From Candidatus Aminicenantes bacterium (GTDB lineage Bacteria > Acidobacteriota > Aminicenantia > JAMOAD01): a stretch of DNA of 64,000 nucleotides. The stretch lies in assembly GCA_027067555.1 (NCBI GenBank), contig JAMOVU010000191.1, positions 6,750 through 70,749 on the forward strand, given 5' to 3'. The translations under genes were made by a program, and so were the position numbers. The notes below the pieces were generated by a model. That model was given only the letters and a program-made list of their open reading frames with translations. It was not told the DNA's origin and did not search any database. Positions 38,243 through 47,568 of this stretch are shown here, piece by piece (positions within the stretch are counted from its first letter, which is position 1; every line of letters starts with the position of its first letter).

Positions 38243-39197
38243 TAATAAGTTCCTCCGGCGTTATTGTTGAGGCACCTGCTTTCATTACAGTTAAAGCCCC
38301 GGCGACATTGGAAAGGATTGCAGATTTGAAAAAACTTTTTGAGATTATCCAGGAAGATGCGAAAACAGAAATCACTGTATCTCCTGCTCCTGTAACATCA
38401 ACAATATTTTTATCTCCAAAAATAGGAATTTTATATTCATTTGAATTTTTTTCCATAAGATACATTCCTTCGGAACCCAAAGTTATTAGAATAGCTTCAG
38501 CTTGTGTAATCCTCAGAAGTTTTCTTCCTACTTTTTGCAGGTTGTTATTTTTTATTTTCAAATTGGCAGATTCATAAGCTTCTGTTATGTTCGGGGTAGC
38601 TGATGTAATACTTCTGAATTTAGAAAGCTCAAATCTTGAATCCACAAAAATAGGAGGTAGATTACTTTTATCCTTCTTTAGTTTATTTAAGGTTTTATAG
38701 GAACTAATCCCATACCCATAATCTGAAAAAACAATAACATCATAGTTTCTATATATAGAATCCAGAATCTCAAAGAATTTTTTTGGAAGATTTTCAATTC
38801 TTTTACCTCTATCTATTCTAAAAACCTGCTGCTTCCTGGTATTTGTTTCTCCGGCAAGAACCCTTGTTTTTAAAGGAGTTTTAAACTTTTTTGTTTTAAG
38901 TATCATTGAATCTGAAATTCCACTATCTACCAAAAGGCTTTTTATCCTTTCGCCTTCTTCATCCTCTCCCACCACTGATAGTGTATCAATTTGAGCCCCT
39001 AAGTCCTTAAAATTTCTTACTGTGTTTCCTCCCCCGCCAAGTTTGTATTCAACAAAATCCTCTTCCAGCACAAGAATAGGAGCCTCTCTTGAAACCCTTG
39101 ATGTTGTTGCATAGACATACTTATCCACTACAAAATCGCCGACTACTAAAACCCTGATACTTTTAAAGTTCTTTACTATCTTTTTTAAATTTTCCAT
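38187..39197 (-). CDS. D-glycero-beta-D-manno-heptose-7-phosphate kinase (HldE domain I, PfkB family, as a separate gene)
   Basis: VLVVGDFVVDKY and the PfkB anion hole DVTGAGDTVISVFA. Confidence 0.85.
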   Translation of the reverse strand: MENLKKIVKNFKSIRVLVVGDFVVDKYVYATTSRVSREAPILVLEEDFVEYKLGGGGNTVRNFKDLGAQIDTLSVVGEDEEGERIKSLLVDSGISDSMILKTKKFKTPLKTRVLAGETNTRKQQVFRIDRGKRIENLPKKFFEILDSIYRNYDVIVFSDYGYGISSYKTLNKLKKDKSNLPPIFVDSRFELSKFRSITSATPNITEAYESANLKIKNNNLQKVGRKLLRITQAEAILITLGSEGMYLMEKNSNEYKIPIFGDKNIVDVTGAGDTVISVFASSWIISKSFFKSAILSNVAGALTVMKAGASTITPEELINGINKYKDKISELFKRYS

Positions 39198-39200
39198 ATA

Positions 39201-40040
39201 TCAAATATCATCTATCTTAGCAAGACAGCTTTTTTTAAGTTTTAGAATTTTCTTCCACCTTTTTTTTGATTCTTCAACCTTTTTTCTGTAATTTTCACTT
39301 TCAAAATACTCCAAAATTCTTTTTCTTATCGGGAAAATCTGAGAATCACACTTCCACATGTATGTTTTGCTGAAAAGTCCGTACCTGATGCAATCTCTAT
39401 AAACAGCCCAAGCCAAGTTTACAAAACCCAATTCTTCTATGAATTTCTCATAAAGAGCCCTAAATTCCCCTTCTTTTTCCGGGTGCAAAAATTTAAAATA
39501 ATCTTTATACATCATAGCATTATGGAAGAACTGAGGTTTTGCCTGAATCCCATCTACCTCAAGCTCTCTCGCGAGTACTCTAAAAAGAATATAGAGTTCT
39601 CTTTTTATTCCCAGGCCCGGATATTTTTGTCCCGGTAATTTTTTTCTTTTTTCAGTAAACCTTGCTTTCGGGTTCTGAAGTGTCAGCCACTCTATTGTAA
39701 GGAATTTTAACCTTTGTTCCCCGAAAAATGCTTTCATTTCGTCCGTGGGAGCAAAATTTTCTATCTTTATTTTCAAATCAACTATAAGATGATCCTTATT
39801 CTTAAATTTATCATAAATAGTAAGCCTCTGAAGAGCCATATCAAGAGGCTCTATTTCTATTTTCAGCTCTTTAAAACCTAATTTACTTGCTTTTTTCACG
39901 AGACCAAGCCTTTCTATAAAGAGAAACATTTCCTTTAAGGTATATCTGTTTAAAAATAGGGAAGAACCCTCTGAGTACTGAAGCTGGTTAAAAATATCCT
40001 TTTCGCTTATCTCCAAGATATCATAGTCTTTATCTTTCAT
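39201..40040 (-). CDS. Hypothetical protein, 279 aa, adjacent to the heptose/LPS genes
   Basis: An ORF with no recognisable catalytic motifs. Confidence 0.4.
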   Translation of the reverse strand: MKDKDYDILEISEKDIFNQLQYSEGSSLFLNRYTLKEMFLFIERLGLVKKASKLGFKELKIEIEPLDMALQRLTIYDKFKNKDHLIVDLKIKIENFAPTDEMKAFFGEQRLKFLTIEWLTLQNPKARFTEKRKKLPGQKYPGLGIKRELYILFRVLARELEVDGIQAKPQFFHNAMMYKDYFKFLHPEKEGEFRALYEKFIEELGFVNLAWAVYRDCIRYGLFSKTYMWKCDSQIFPIRKRILEYFESENYRKKVEESKKRWKKILKLKKSCLAKIDDI

Positions 40041-40157
40041 CTTTTAGTTTACCTTTTTAATGTTAATTAGTCAATTCTACGGTTTTCTTTTATTCTTTGT
40101 TTATAGATCTCCTTCCTTGATTTTTTCCTGTTTTTCATATATAAATATAGGGATTGC

Positions 40158-40250
<93 letters not shown>

Positions 40251-40259
40251 CTTAAACCG

Positions 40260-42908
40260 ATGACACAGAGCAAAGATAATTTAACCCCTGTAATGAAACA
40301 GTATCTTGAGATTAAGGGGGAGTATGAAGATACAATCCTTCTTTACAGAATGGGGGATTTTTACGAACTCTTTTTTGAAGATGCTATTGAAGGGGCGAAG
40401 ATTCTCAATATAGCATTAACTTCAAGAGACAAAAACAAGGAAAACCCGATTCCAATGTGTGGTTTTCCATATCATGCTGCTGATACATACATAAAAAAAC
40501 TCTTGGAGGCTGGCAAGAGAGTTGCTGTATGTGAGCAGGTTGAGGATCCTAAAAAGGCTAAAAAAATAGTAAAAAGAGAGGTTGTCAAAGTCCTTACACC
40601 GGGAACCGCTCTCGAATATGAGGATAATAAAGATAATAATTTTATAGCAAGTATTTTTCTTGATGGAAATAATTGGGGGCTCTTTCTTTTGGATATTTCC
40701 ACAGGAGAAGCTTTTGCCACTGAAGAGGAAAATGATTTTGAGCTAAACAGACTTGTGGAAGAAATAAATAAGTATGCTCCATCTGAGCTTATTCATCAGC
40801 AATCGAATGATTCCACAGTATATAATATTTTGGATAGAATTTTTACAAAAAACATAATTTTAAATGAAATTGAAGATTGGCACTTTAATTATGAAACAGG
40901 AGTCAAAGCAATAAAAGAGAATTATAAAGTTAATACTCTTGAAGGATTTGGCCTTGATGGCAAAAAAATGAGCGTTTCAGCGGCCGGTGGACTTTTCAGG
41001 TATGTTAGCAAAGTAAGAAAAGGAAATTTACCGGAATTTAAGACAGTAAGATTTTATTCCAAGAGTGATTTTATGATAGTTGATTCCATATCAATGAGAA
41101 CTTTGGAAATTTTCAAAGAATCACGGAGTCAAAAAAAAGAGGGTTCTCTTTTCTGGGTGCTCGATCAAACCGAAACTTCAATGGGAAGCAGAACTTTAAA
41201 GAATTGGATAATGCACCCTTTAATGGATGTAAATGAGATAAGAAATAGACAGGATGCAATTGAGGAACTTATTGGTAAAACAATTGAAAGAAATGAGCTC
41301 AGGAAGAAAATAGGAAATATTTTTGACCTTGACAGGTTATCTTCTAAAATCTCTTCGGAAAACGCAAACCCGAAAGACTTAATAGCGCTTTTATCATCTG
41401 TTGAAAAATTGCCTGATATTAAATTTTATCTGAAAGATTCAACATCCTCCCTATTAAAAGAGATTTACGAAAATATAGATACTTTGCAGGATATTAAAGA
41501 ACTTATAAAATCTTCCATTAATGAAAATCCGCCTTATACTTTAACAGATGGAGGAATAATAAAAGATGGATATTCTCAGGAATTGGATGAATTAAGGAAA
41601 ATTTCTCTTTCCGGAAAAGAATATATTGCATCTCTTGAAATCAAGGAAAAGGAAAGAACAGAGATTAGCTCTTTGAGAATAGGCTATAATAAAGTTTTTG
41701 GTTTTTACATTGAGATTTCGAAAGCTGCTTTAAAGGGAAAAATTCTTCCTCCTGATTATATAAGAAAACAGACTCTTGTTAATTCTGAAAGATATATTTC
41801 CGAAGAACTAAAAAAATATGAAGAAATGGTAATAGGAGCAGAGGAAAAAATAAAAAATCTTGAGTACGAGCTTTTTGTGGAAATTAGAAAAAAGATTAAG
41901 GAAAATGTAAAGAGAATTTTAAAAACCTCTGAGGCAATTTCAATTCTTGATGTCCTCTTGTCTTTATCAGAGGTTGCAATAAGAAATGGTTATCATCGAC
42001 CTGTAGTTTATGAGGGTGATACAATTGAGATTGTTCAGGGAAGACATCCGGTTGTTGAAAGGCTAAGTACTAAAACTTTCGTTCCCAATGATACATATTT
42101 GAATACAACTACTGATCAAATAATAATACTTACAGGTCCCAATATGGGAGGAAAATCCACTTATTTGCGGCAGGTTGCACTTATAACCCTTTTGGCTCAG
42201 ATAGGCTCATTTATTCCGGCAAGCTCAGGCAAAATAGGCGTTGTGGACAGGATTTTCACAAGAATAGGGGCTTCGGATTATTTAGGGGGAGGACAATCGA
42301 CATTTATGGTTGAAATGGTTGAGACTGCAAATATATTAAACAATGCAACAAGTAAAAGTCTTGTTCTTTTGGATGAAATAGGAAGAGGTACTTCCACTTA
42401 TGATGGGATGGCAATAGCATGGGCTGTTCTTGAATATCTTCACAGTAATGGAAAAATCAGGCCAAAAACTCTTTTTGCCACTCATTATCATCAACTTACA
42501 ATGATAGAGGAGTATCTTAAAAGGGTAAAAAATTATCACATAACAGTGAAGAAAACAAAAAAGGGAATGGTCTTTCTATATAAGGTTTACCAAGGACCGA
42601 GCGATGAGAGTTTCGGGATAGATGTTGCGAAACTTGCAGGAATTCCTGATAATGTTGTTAAAAGAGCAAAAGATATACTTTTTTCAATAGAAAGAAAGGA
42701 TGGTATTATTGAAAGGAAAAAGATAGAGGAGAAGTTCGGGGGGAAGACTATTTTTGATTTTGAGGTAAAAAAGGAGAGGGAAAAGGGAGATGAAAGGTTT
42801 GAGGAATTAAAAGAATTCATAGGAAAAATAAATATAAATGAAATTTCTCCTTTACAAGCATTAAATTTACTTAATGAGATAAAGGAAAAGGTTGAAAGAA
42901 AAGAGTAA
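40260..42908 (+). CDS. mutS: DNA mismatch repair protein MutS
   Basis: N-terminus TPVMKQYLEIKGEYEDTILLYRMGDFYELFFEDA, Walker A GPNMGGKSTYLRQ, and DEIGRGTSTYDG. Confidence 0.95.
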   Translation: MTQSKDNLTPVMKQYLEIKGEYEDTILLYRMGDFYELFFEDAIEGAKILNIALTSRDKNKENPIPMCGFPYHAADTYIKKLLEAGKRVAVCEQVEDPKKAKKIVKREVVKVLTPGTALEYEDNKDNNFIASIFLDGNNWGLFLLDISTGEAFATEEENDFELNRLVEEINKYAPSELIHQQSNDSTVYNILDRIFTKNIILNEIEDWHFNYETGVKAIKENYKVNTLEGFGLDGKKMSVSAAGGLFRYVSKVRKGNLPEFKTVRFYSKSDFMIVDSISMRTLEIFKESRSQKKEGSLFWVLDQTETSMGSRTLKNWIMHPLMDVNEIRNRQDAIEELIGKTIERNELRKKIGNIFDLDRLSSKISSENANPKDLIALLSSVEKLPDIKFYLKDSTSSLLKEIYENIDTLQDIKELIKSSINENPPYTLTDGGIIKDGYSQELDELRKISLSGKEYIASLEIKEKERTEISSLRIGYNKVFGFYIEISKAALKGKILPPDYIRKQTLVNSERYISEELKKYEEMVIGAEEKIKNLEYELFVEIRKKIKENVKRILKTSEAISILDVLLSLSEVAIRNGYHRPVVYEGDTIEIVQGRHPVVERLSTKTFVPNDTYLNTTTDQIIILTGPNMGGKSTYLRQVALITLLAQIGSFIPASSGKIGVVDRIFTRIGASDYLGGGQSTFMVEMVETANILNNATSKSLVLLDEIGRGTSTYDGMAIAWAVLEYLHSNGKIRPKTLFATHYHQLTMIEEYLKRVKNYHITVKKTKKGMVFLYKVYQGPSDESFGIDVAKLAGIPDNVVKRAKDILFSIERKDGIIERKKIEEKFGGKTIFDFEVKKEREKGDERFEELKEFIGKININEISPLQALNLLNEIKEKVERKE

Positions 42909-42910
42909 AA

Positions 42911-42988
42911 TGGCAGCGCTACGGGGATTCGAACCCCGGTTTGATGGCTGAGAACCACCCGTCCTAGGCCTGGCTAGACGATAGCGCC
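42911..42988 (-). tRNA. tRNA-Glu (anticodon CTC), 78 nt including CCA
   Basis: Reverse complement is GGCGCUA-UC-GUCU-AGCCAGGCCUA-GGAC-G-GGUGG-UUCUCAG-CCAUC-AAAC-CGGGG-UUCGAAU-CCCCG-UAGCGCU-G-CCA. The D-arm is E. coli tRNA-Glu-like. Confidence 0.8.
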
Positions 42989-43037
42989 GCTTGAAAGGTG
43001 ATATTATAAAATAAAATAGCCTCTGATTCAAGCGGTC

Positions 43038-45209
43038 TTAGAGGATTGATTTCTCTAATATATAGACAATACTTGAATACCAATCGTATTTAATCTGTTT
43101 ATATATAGTCCTATCAAGCACCCAGTAAGACTGATTAATCCTTTTTGAGTACACGGGGATTCCGTTTTTATTATATTTTGTTGCCATTAAGTATTTATAT
43201 TGAAAGAAAGGGAAGAGTCTTAATCCCTTTTTCTTCCAAAAAACTATATATTCATCAGATGAGGAGGATATTAAAAGATTTGTTGTATAGTCTGTTTTAA
43301 GACTTCTTTCCCAGATAATATTTAGGTTATTGTCAAATTTTATTATTATTAATTCTCTTTTTTTATCAATTGAATATAAAGAGGAAACAAAGGAAAAGAT
43401 AAAACCATCGGTGGTTTTAATTATTTTAGGGTTTGCTTTTATTATGTTTTCATGTTTAAACTTTCTCTTTTTTATTATATCTCCATTTTCATTAAAAATG
43501 GTAAAAGTGATAAAGGATTCTTTTTTTTCATTGGTACTTTTTTCTATTGAAGTAATAAGTATTTTTTTATTATTTAAAACAATGGAAGGAGCGGGAGAAA
43601 CTATATAATTTTTTTCTCCAATGTCTTTAATCCAGATTATGTTACCATTTGAATCTGTTTTTAAAATTTTAGTTTTTATTGGAATTTTTTCTCCCAAGAC
43701 AACACAGATATGGATATAATTGTTTTCATCATCTACAAAAGTTTTTACTATGGAAGAGGTAAGGCCTCCTATACTGAAATCTCTTTCCAAAAGTAATTCT
43801 CCATTCTGTTTTAATTTTGCAAAATAACTCTTTGTTATTCTCATGTTTGTAATATGACTTCCACTTATAAGAATTTCTTTATTTTTGTCGATAACCAAGG
43901 AGGAAACAGTAATGTTTGAGAATTTTTTGCTTTTGAGAAAGATTTTTCTTTTGATTAGCTTGTTATTTTTTTCGCTGTTTATTATTTTGGAAAGAGACAT
44001 TCTATCCCATGGAAACAGCCCGTATCCGAATGAGTATATTATTATATTATTGCTTCTGCTTTTTGTTGTTATATAAAGTTCGCCATTCGGAGAATCTTCT
44101 CCGATTGAGGCGGACATGGGAATTGTGAAATTATTAAGAAATTTCATCTTTTCATAACTAAAGTATTTTAGTTTTTTATTTTCTTTTTTAGGTAAAATAT
44201 TAACAATTAAGGATAGAATTATATAAAGGGATAAGAGGGAATAAATAGTAATTTTTTTTCTCTTTTTTCTCTTTTTTCTCTTTTTTCCTTTTATAAGCAC
44301 ATGTTCCAGATCTTTTTTTTGGATTTTTTCTAAGTCTTTTTTTAATTCTGAAATATTTTCATATCTTTTTTCCTTTTTCTTATTGGTTGCTTTTTTTATT
44401 ATTTTGTTAAGTTCTTTTTCAATTATTGGGTCTGTTAATTCCACTTCTTTTGTCTCTCCAAACATAATTTCTTCAACCACACTTGTTAGAGTATTGCTCT
44501 TTATCATCTTTTCTTCTGAAAACATTTCATAAAGAATGACACCGAGAGAAAAGATATCTGTTCGTTCATCAAGGCCTTTACCTTCAAGTGCTTCTGGAGA
44601 CATATAATTGAGAGTCCCTCTGATTTTAATACTTTCTCCTTCTGAGATGGTAGTGGTAATTGTTAATGAACCTGTAATGTCTGAAATATCATTTTTTATG
44701 AATTTTGATACACCGAAATCAATGATTTTAACCTTCTTATCTTTAGTAATCAGTATATTTGAGGGTTTTAAATCTCTATGAATTATTCCTTTAGAATGTA
44801 TAGCCTCCAATCCATTGCATATTTGGATTGCTATATCTATTTTGTCCTTGAATGTTAGCTCTCCCTTGTTTATCTTTTCTCCTAAAGATTCCCCCTCTAT
44901 GTATTGCATGACCATAAAGCTTGTTTTATCTTTTACTATAAAGTCGTAAAGGGTACAGACATTTTCGTGTTCTATTTGAGCTAATTTTACAGCTTCTTTT
45001 TCAATTTTTTTAACACTGGTTGCAAGAGGATTCTTTATTATTTTTATTGCTACATTTTTTTTTAATTTTCTATCGTATGCTTTGTAAATAACACCCATTC
45101 CCCCTTCACCGAGTTCTTTAATGATTTTGTATCTTTCTGAGATAGCCTTAAAGGCAATTAAATTATCAAAGCTAAAGGATTCCGTTTCGTTTATTCTATT
45201 TTTCTCCAT
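43038..45209 (-). CDS. Ser/Thr protein kinase (Hanks-type N-terminal domain), then a basic KRKK stretch, a TM helix, and a large extracytoplasmic beta-rich domain
   Basis: GEGGMGVIYKA, HRDLKPSNILI, DFGVSK and a TM helix ITIYSLLSLYIILSLIVNIL. The KGKKRKKRKKRKK stretch is encoded by an 11-bp tandem repeat at about 44232-44290. Confidence 0.85.
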   Translation of the reverse strand: MEKNRINETESFSFDNLIAFKAISERYKIIKELGEGGMGVIYKAYDRKLKKNVAIKIIKNPLATSVKKIEKEAVKLAQIEHENVCTLYDFIVKDKTSFMVMQYIEGESLGEKINKGELTFKDKIDIAIQICNGLEAIHSKGIIHRDLKPSNILITKDKKVKIIDFGVSKFIKNDISDITGSLTITTTISEGESIKIRGTLNYMSPEALEGKGLDERTDIFSLGVILYEMFSEEKMIKSNTLTSVVEEIMFGETKEVELTDPIIEKELNKIIKKATNKKKEKRYENISELKKDLEKIQKKDLEHVLIKGKKRKKRKKRKKITIYSLLSLYIILSLIVNILPKKENKKLKYFSYEKMKFLNNFTIPMSASIGEDSPNGELYITTKSRSNNIIIYSFGYGLFPWDRMSLSKIINSEKNNKLIKRKIFLKSKKFSNITVSSLVIDKNKEILISGSHITNMRITKSYFAKLKQNGELLLERDFSIGGLTSSIVKTFVDDENNYIHICVVLGEKIPIKTKILKTDSNGNIIWIKDIGEKNYIVSPAPSIVLNNKKILITSIEKSTNEKKESFITFTIFNENGDIIKKRKFKHENIIKANPKIIKTTDGFIFSFVSSLYSIDKKRELIIIKFDNNLNIIWERSLKTDYTTNLLISSSSDEYIVFWKKKGLRLFPFFQYKYLMATKYNKNGIPVYSKRINQSYWVLDRTIYKQIKYDWYSSIVYILEKSIL

Positions 45210-45306
45210 GGTTTAAAGGATTAAAAATATTAGAACATCTGAAAAAAATAGTCAATATCTTCTATTTTTCTAAAACTTTTACAAAGAGGAGAGAGTTAAT
45301 GCTTTT

Positions 45307-46236
45307 CTATAGAAAAAAGACAAGCTCAACTTGAGTGCCGGTATTTTTTTCGGATAAAATTACTAATTTATCAGCAAATCTTTTCATATTTGGAATCCCC
45401 ATACCAGCCCCGAATCCCATTTCTCTTATGTAATCAGGAGCCGTGGAAAAGCCTTCTTTCATTGCTTGATCAAGGTTTTCAATACCCACTCCATTATCAA
45501 TTACCCTCACTATTATTTTATCTTTTTTCAAAAAACATAAAATTTCCCCTTCTCCTTTACTGTGGATAACCACATTGGTTTCAGCTTCATAAACTGCTAT
45601 TCCCACTTTTCGAGCTATATCCTGATTTATACCTTTTTTAATCAGAAAATTTTTTAGTATCGCTGCTCCCTCACCTGCTTTACTTATGTCGGATGTGTCT
45701 ATTCTGTGTCTGAATTCAGCATCCTCTCTGTATAACTTTTCTCCTGTAATTAGAGAAAGTTCTTTATTGAGAATTGAATCTCTCTTTTTATCGTGAAGGT
45801 ATAATAAGTTAAATTTATCTAAAATTTTATGAAGGATGTCCACCTTTGTTAGAATCCCGCAGAGAGTGCCATTTTTGTCAACTACCGGAAATCTTCCGAA
45901 TTTGAATTTATCAAATTTTTGAACAATGGTGGGCAGTGTTTCATCCTTATTGAGAGAGACTACATTTTTTGTCATAATGTTTTCTATATCTTCTTCTATT
46001 TTTCCCATTTCAAGAGCTTTAATTATATCTTCAATACTGATTATGCCAATTAGTAGGTTTTTATCATCTACAATTGGAATACCCGAAATCTTTTTTATTT
46101 TCATAAGTTCTTTTGCTTGAGATATCTTTTTATCCGCAGTGAGTGTACTTACATGTTTCGTCATTATTTCTTCTGCTGTAAGATCTTCGAAGATAAAAGC
46201 GTATTTACTTAATCTGCACTCCTGGTTATTACTCAT
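45307..46236 (-). CDS. CBS-pair domain protein with a C-terminal GHKL (HATPase_c, RsbW-like) ATP-binding domain
   Basis: Two CBS motifs (IMTKHVSTL..., IMTKNVVSL...) and the GHKL boxes VIDNGVGIEN ... GFGAGMGIPNM. Confidence 0.7.
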   Translation of the reverse strand: MSNNQECRLSKYAFIFEDLTAEEIMTKHVSTLTADKKISQAKELMKIKKISGIPIVDDKNLLIGIISIEDIIKALEMGKIEEDIENIMTKNVVSLNKDETLPTIVQKFDKFKFGRFPVVDKNGTLCGILTKVDILHKILDKFNLLYLHDKKRDSILNKELSLITGEKLYREDAEFRHRIDTSDISKAGEGAAILKNFLIKKGINQDIARKVGIAVYEAETNVVIHSKGEGEILCFLKKDKIIVRVIDNGVGIENLDQAMKEGFSTAPDYIREMGFGAGMGIPNMKRFADKLVILSEKNTGTQVELVFFL

Positions 46237-46576
46237 CTATTCCTCGTAAGCCGGCTGTATATAGTTTTCCGCATGCTGAATACATGTAATTATTTGTTTT
46301 TATTATAATTAGATTACTCCCTTTAGCCATATTAATTGTTTCCGGTGGAATTTCTTTCCCCCTTACGAAAATTAATCCCATAAGATCTGTTACTATGGCG
46401 GTTCTCACTGCCTGTGCAGATGTGTTACCGGTAAGAATTAACATCCCTGGTTTTGAAAGAGCTAAAACATCGCTCATCATATCGGCAGCTCCTATTAAAT
46501 TTACCTCTTCATTGAGCTTATCTTTACCTATGATTAATTCACCTTTAAGTATTGTAAGAATCTCTTTAACTTTCAT
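46229..46576 (-). CDS. DRTGG-domain protein, 115 aa
   Basis: Length and pattern (LIGAADMMSDVLA...LILTGNTSAQAVRTA) match the DRTGG fold. It is co-oriented with and overlaps the CBS-GHKL gene. Confidence 0.55.
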   Translation of the reverse strand: MKVKEILTILKGELIIGKDKLNEEVNLIGAADMMSDVLALSKPGMLILTGNTSAQAVRTAIVTDLMGLIFVRGKEIPPETINMAKGSNLIIIKTNNYMYSACGKLYTAGLRGIDE

Positions 46577-46688
46577 TATACCCTCTTTGTGTAATTAATA
46601 AAATAATATAATTCTTTTTTCTTAAATTGTCAAGATTTTAACAATTTAATAAAAACGAAACCCGCTTCTGTTTTTTAGCGTCTTTTTT

Positions 46689-47528
46689 TTAAATTTCTTC
46701 TCTTTTTTCCAAGATTTCTTTTAACTTATCTTCGCCCAAGTACTCTTTTATATATTTGTCCCCTATGCTTTCAAGCTTACCTCTTATAAATTCAACAAGT
46801 TCATCTATGTTAAATTCCTCTTTTTTCTTGAAAAGATTTCTTTTCCAATGAAGAAGATATCCTGAAATGCACATTGGTTGGTATCTTTTGTAAAAATCTT
46901 TTTTAAAGAGATTTTTCAGAGATTTGGGATTTTCCACATCAAGACTGTTCCAATCTATTTTAAAGCCTAACTTTAAAAGTAGGTTTCTTCTTTCCTCTCT
47001 TGTGTTTGATTCGTAAAGAGGAGAGAAGTAGTTAACTTTATACTTTTTTGAATAATCTTTGATTAATTGTAGGTATTCGGGAAAATTGTCTGCGGTAACA
47101 ATGATTTTTTCGCCGTCAGGAGCTTGTTCCCAATTGGCTCCGTCTGTATAATCATAGATTCCGTTTTCAAGAGCATAGAGTATACTCATCACTGCCATTG
47201 AAGCTCTGCAAGGGATACACCAGGATGTTTCATTCCCAAATCTTTTTGAATTTTTCCAAAAGCCTTTTACCGCCATTTCCTTGAAAAGAGCTTTCATATT
47301 GATAAGGTTGTAAACTACCTTATCTTCTCCTAATAGTCTTTTTAAATTTTCAACATTTGGTTTGCTAAAGTTCATCCCAAAGTGAAGATAGCCTTTGTAA
47401 AATGTTAAAAGGTGAACTTTATTATATTTTTTCCCGAGCTCATAAGCTAAGTAAAGGGAATCTATCCCTCCCGAAAATTGAATTACAACCTCATTTTTTT
47501 TCATCTGTTTCTCCTTATTTTTTATCAC
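46689..47528 (-). CDS. PP-loop ATP pyrophosphatase-family protein (QueC/ExsB-like)
   Basis: The SGGxDS P-loop VVIQFSGGIDSLYLA and a C-terminal Cys cluster CIPCRASM. Confidence 0.55.
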   Translation of the reverse strand: MIKNKEKQMKKNEVVIQFSGGIDSLYLAYELGKKYNKVHLLTFYKGYLHFGMNFSKPNVENLKRLLGEDKVVYNLINMKALFKEMAVKGFWKNSKRFGNETSWCIPCRASMAVMSILYALENGIYDYTDGANWEQAPDGEKIIVTADNFPEYLQLIKDYSKKYKVNYFSPLYESNTREERRNLLLKLGFKIDWNSLDVENPKSLKNLFKKDFYKRYQPMCISGYLLHWKRNLFKKKEEFNIDELVEFIRGKLESIGDKYIKEYLGEDKLKEILEKREEI

Positions 47529-47568
47529 CTATTTTATCTTATTTTTACCTGATGTGTAAAACAATTTC

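Noticed and set aside
42911-42990. Plus-strand reading of the tRNA-like sequence after mutS
   Set aside because: On the plus strand the T-loop would read ATTCGAA and the acceptor stem does not pair. The minus-strand fold gives a canonical tRNA-Glu(CTC) with a TTCGAAT loop and encoded CCA.
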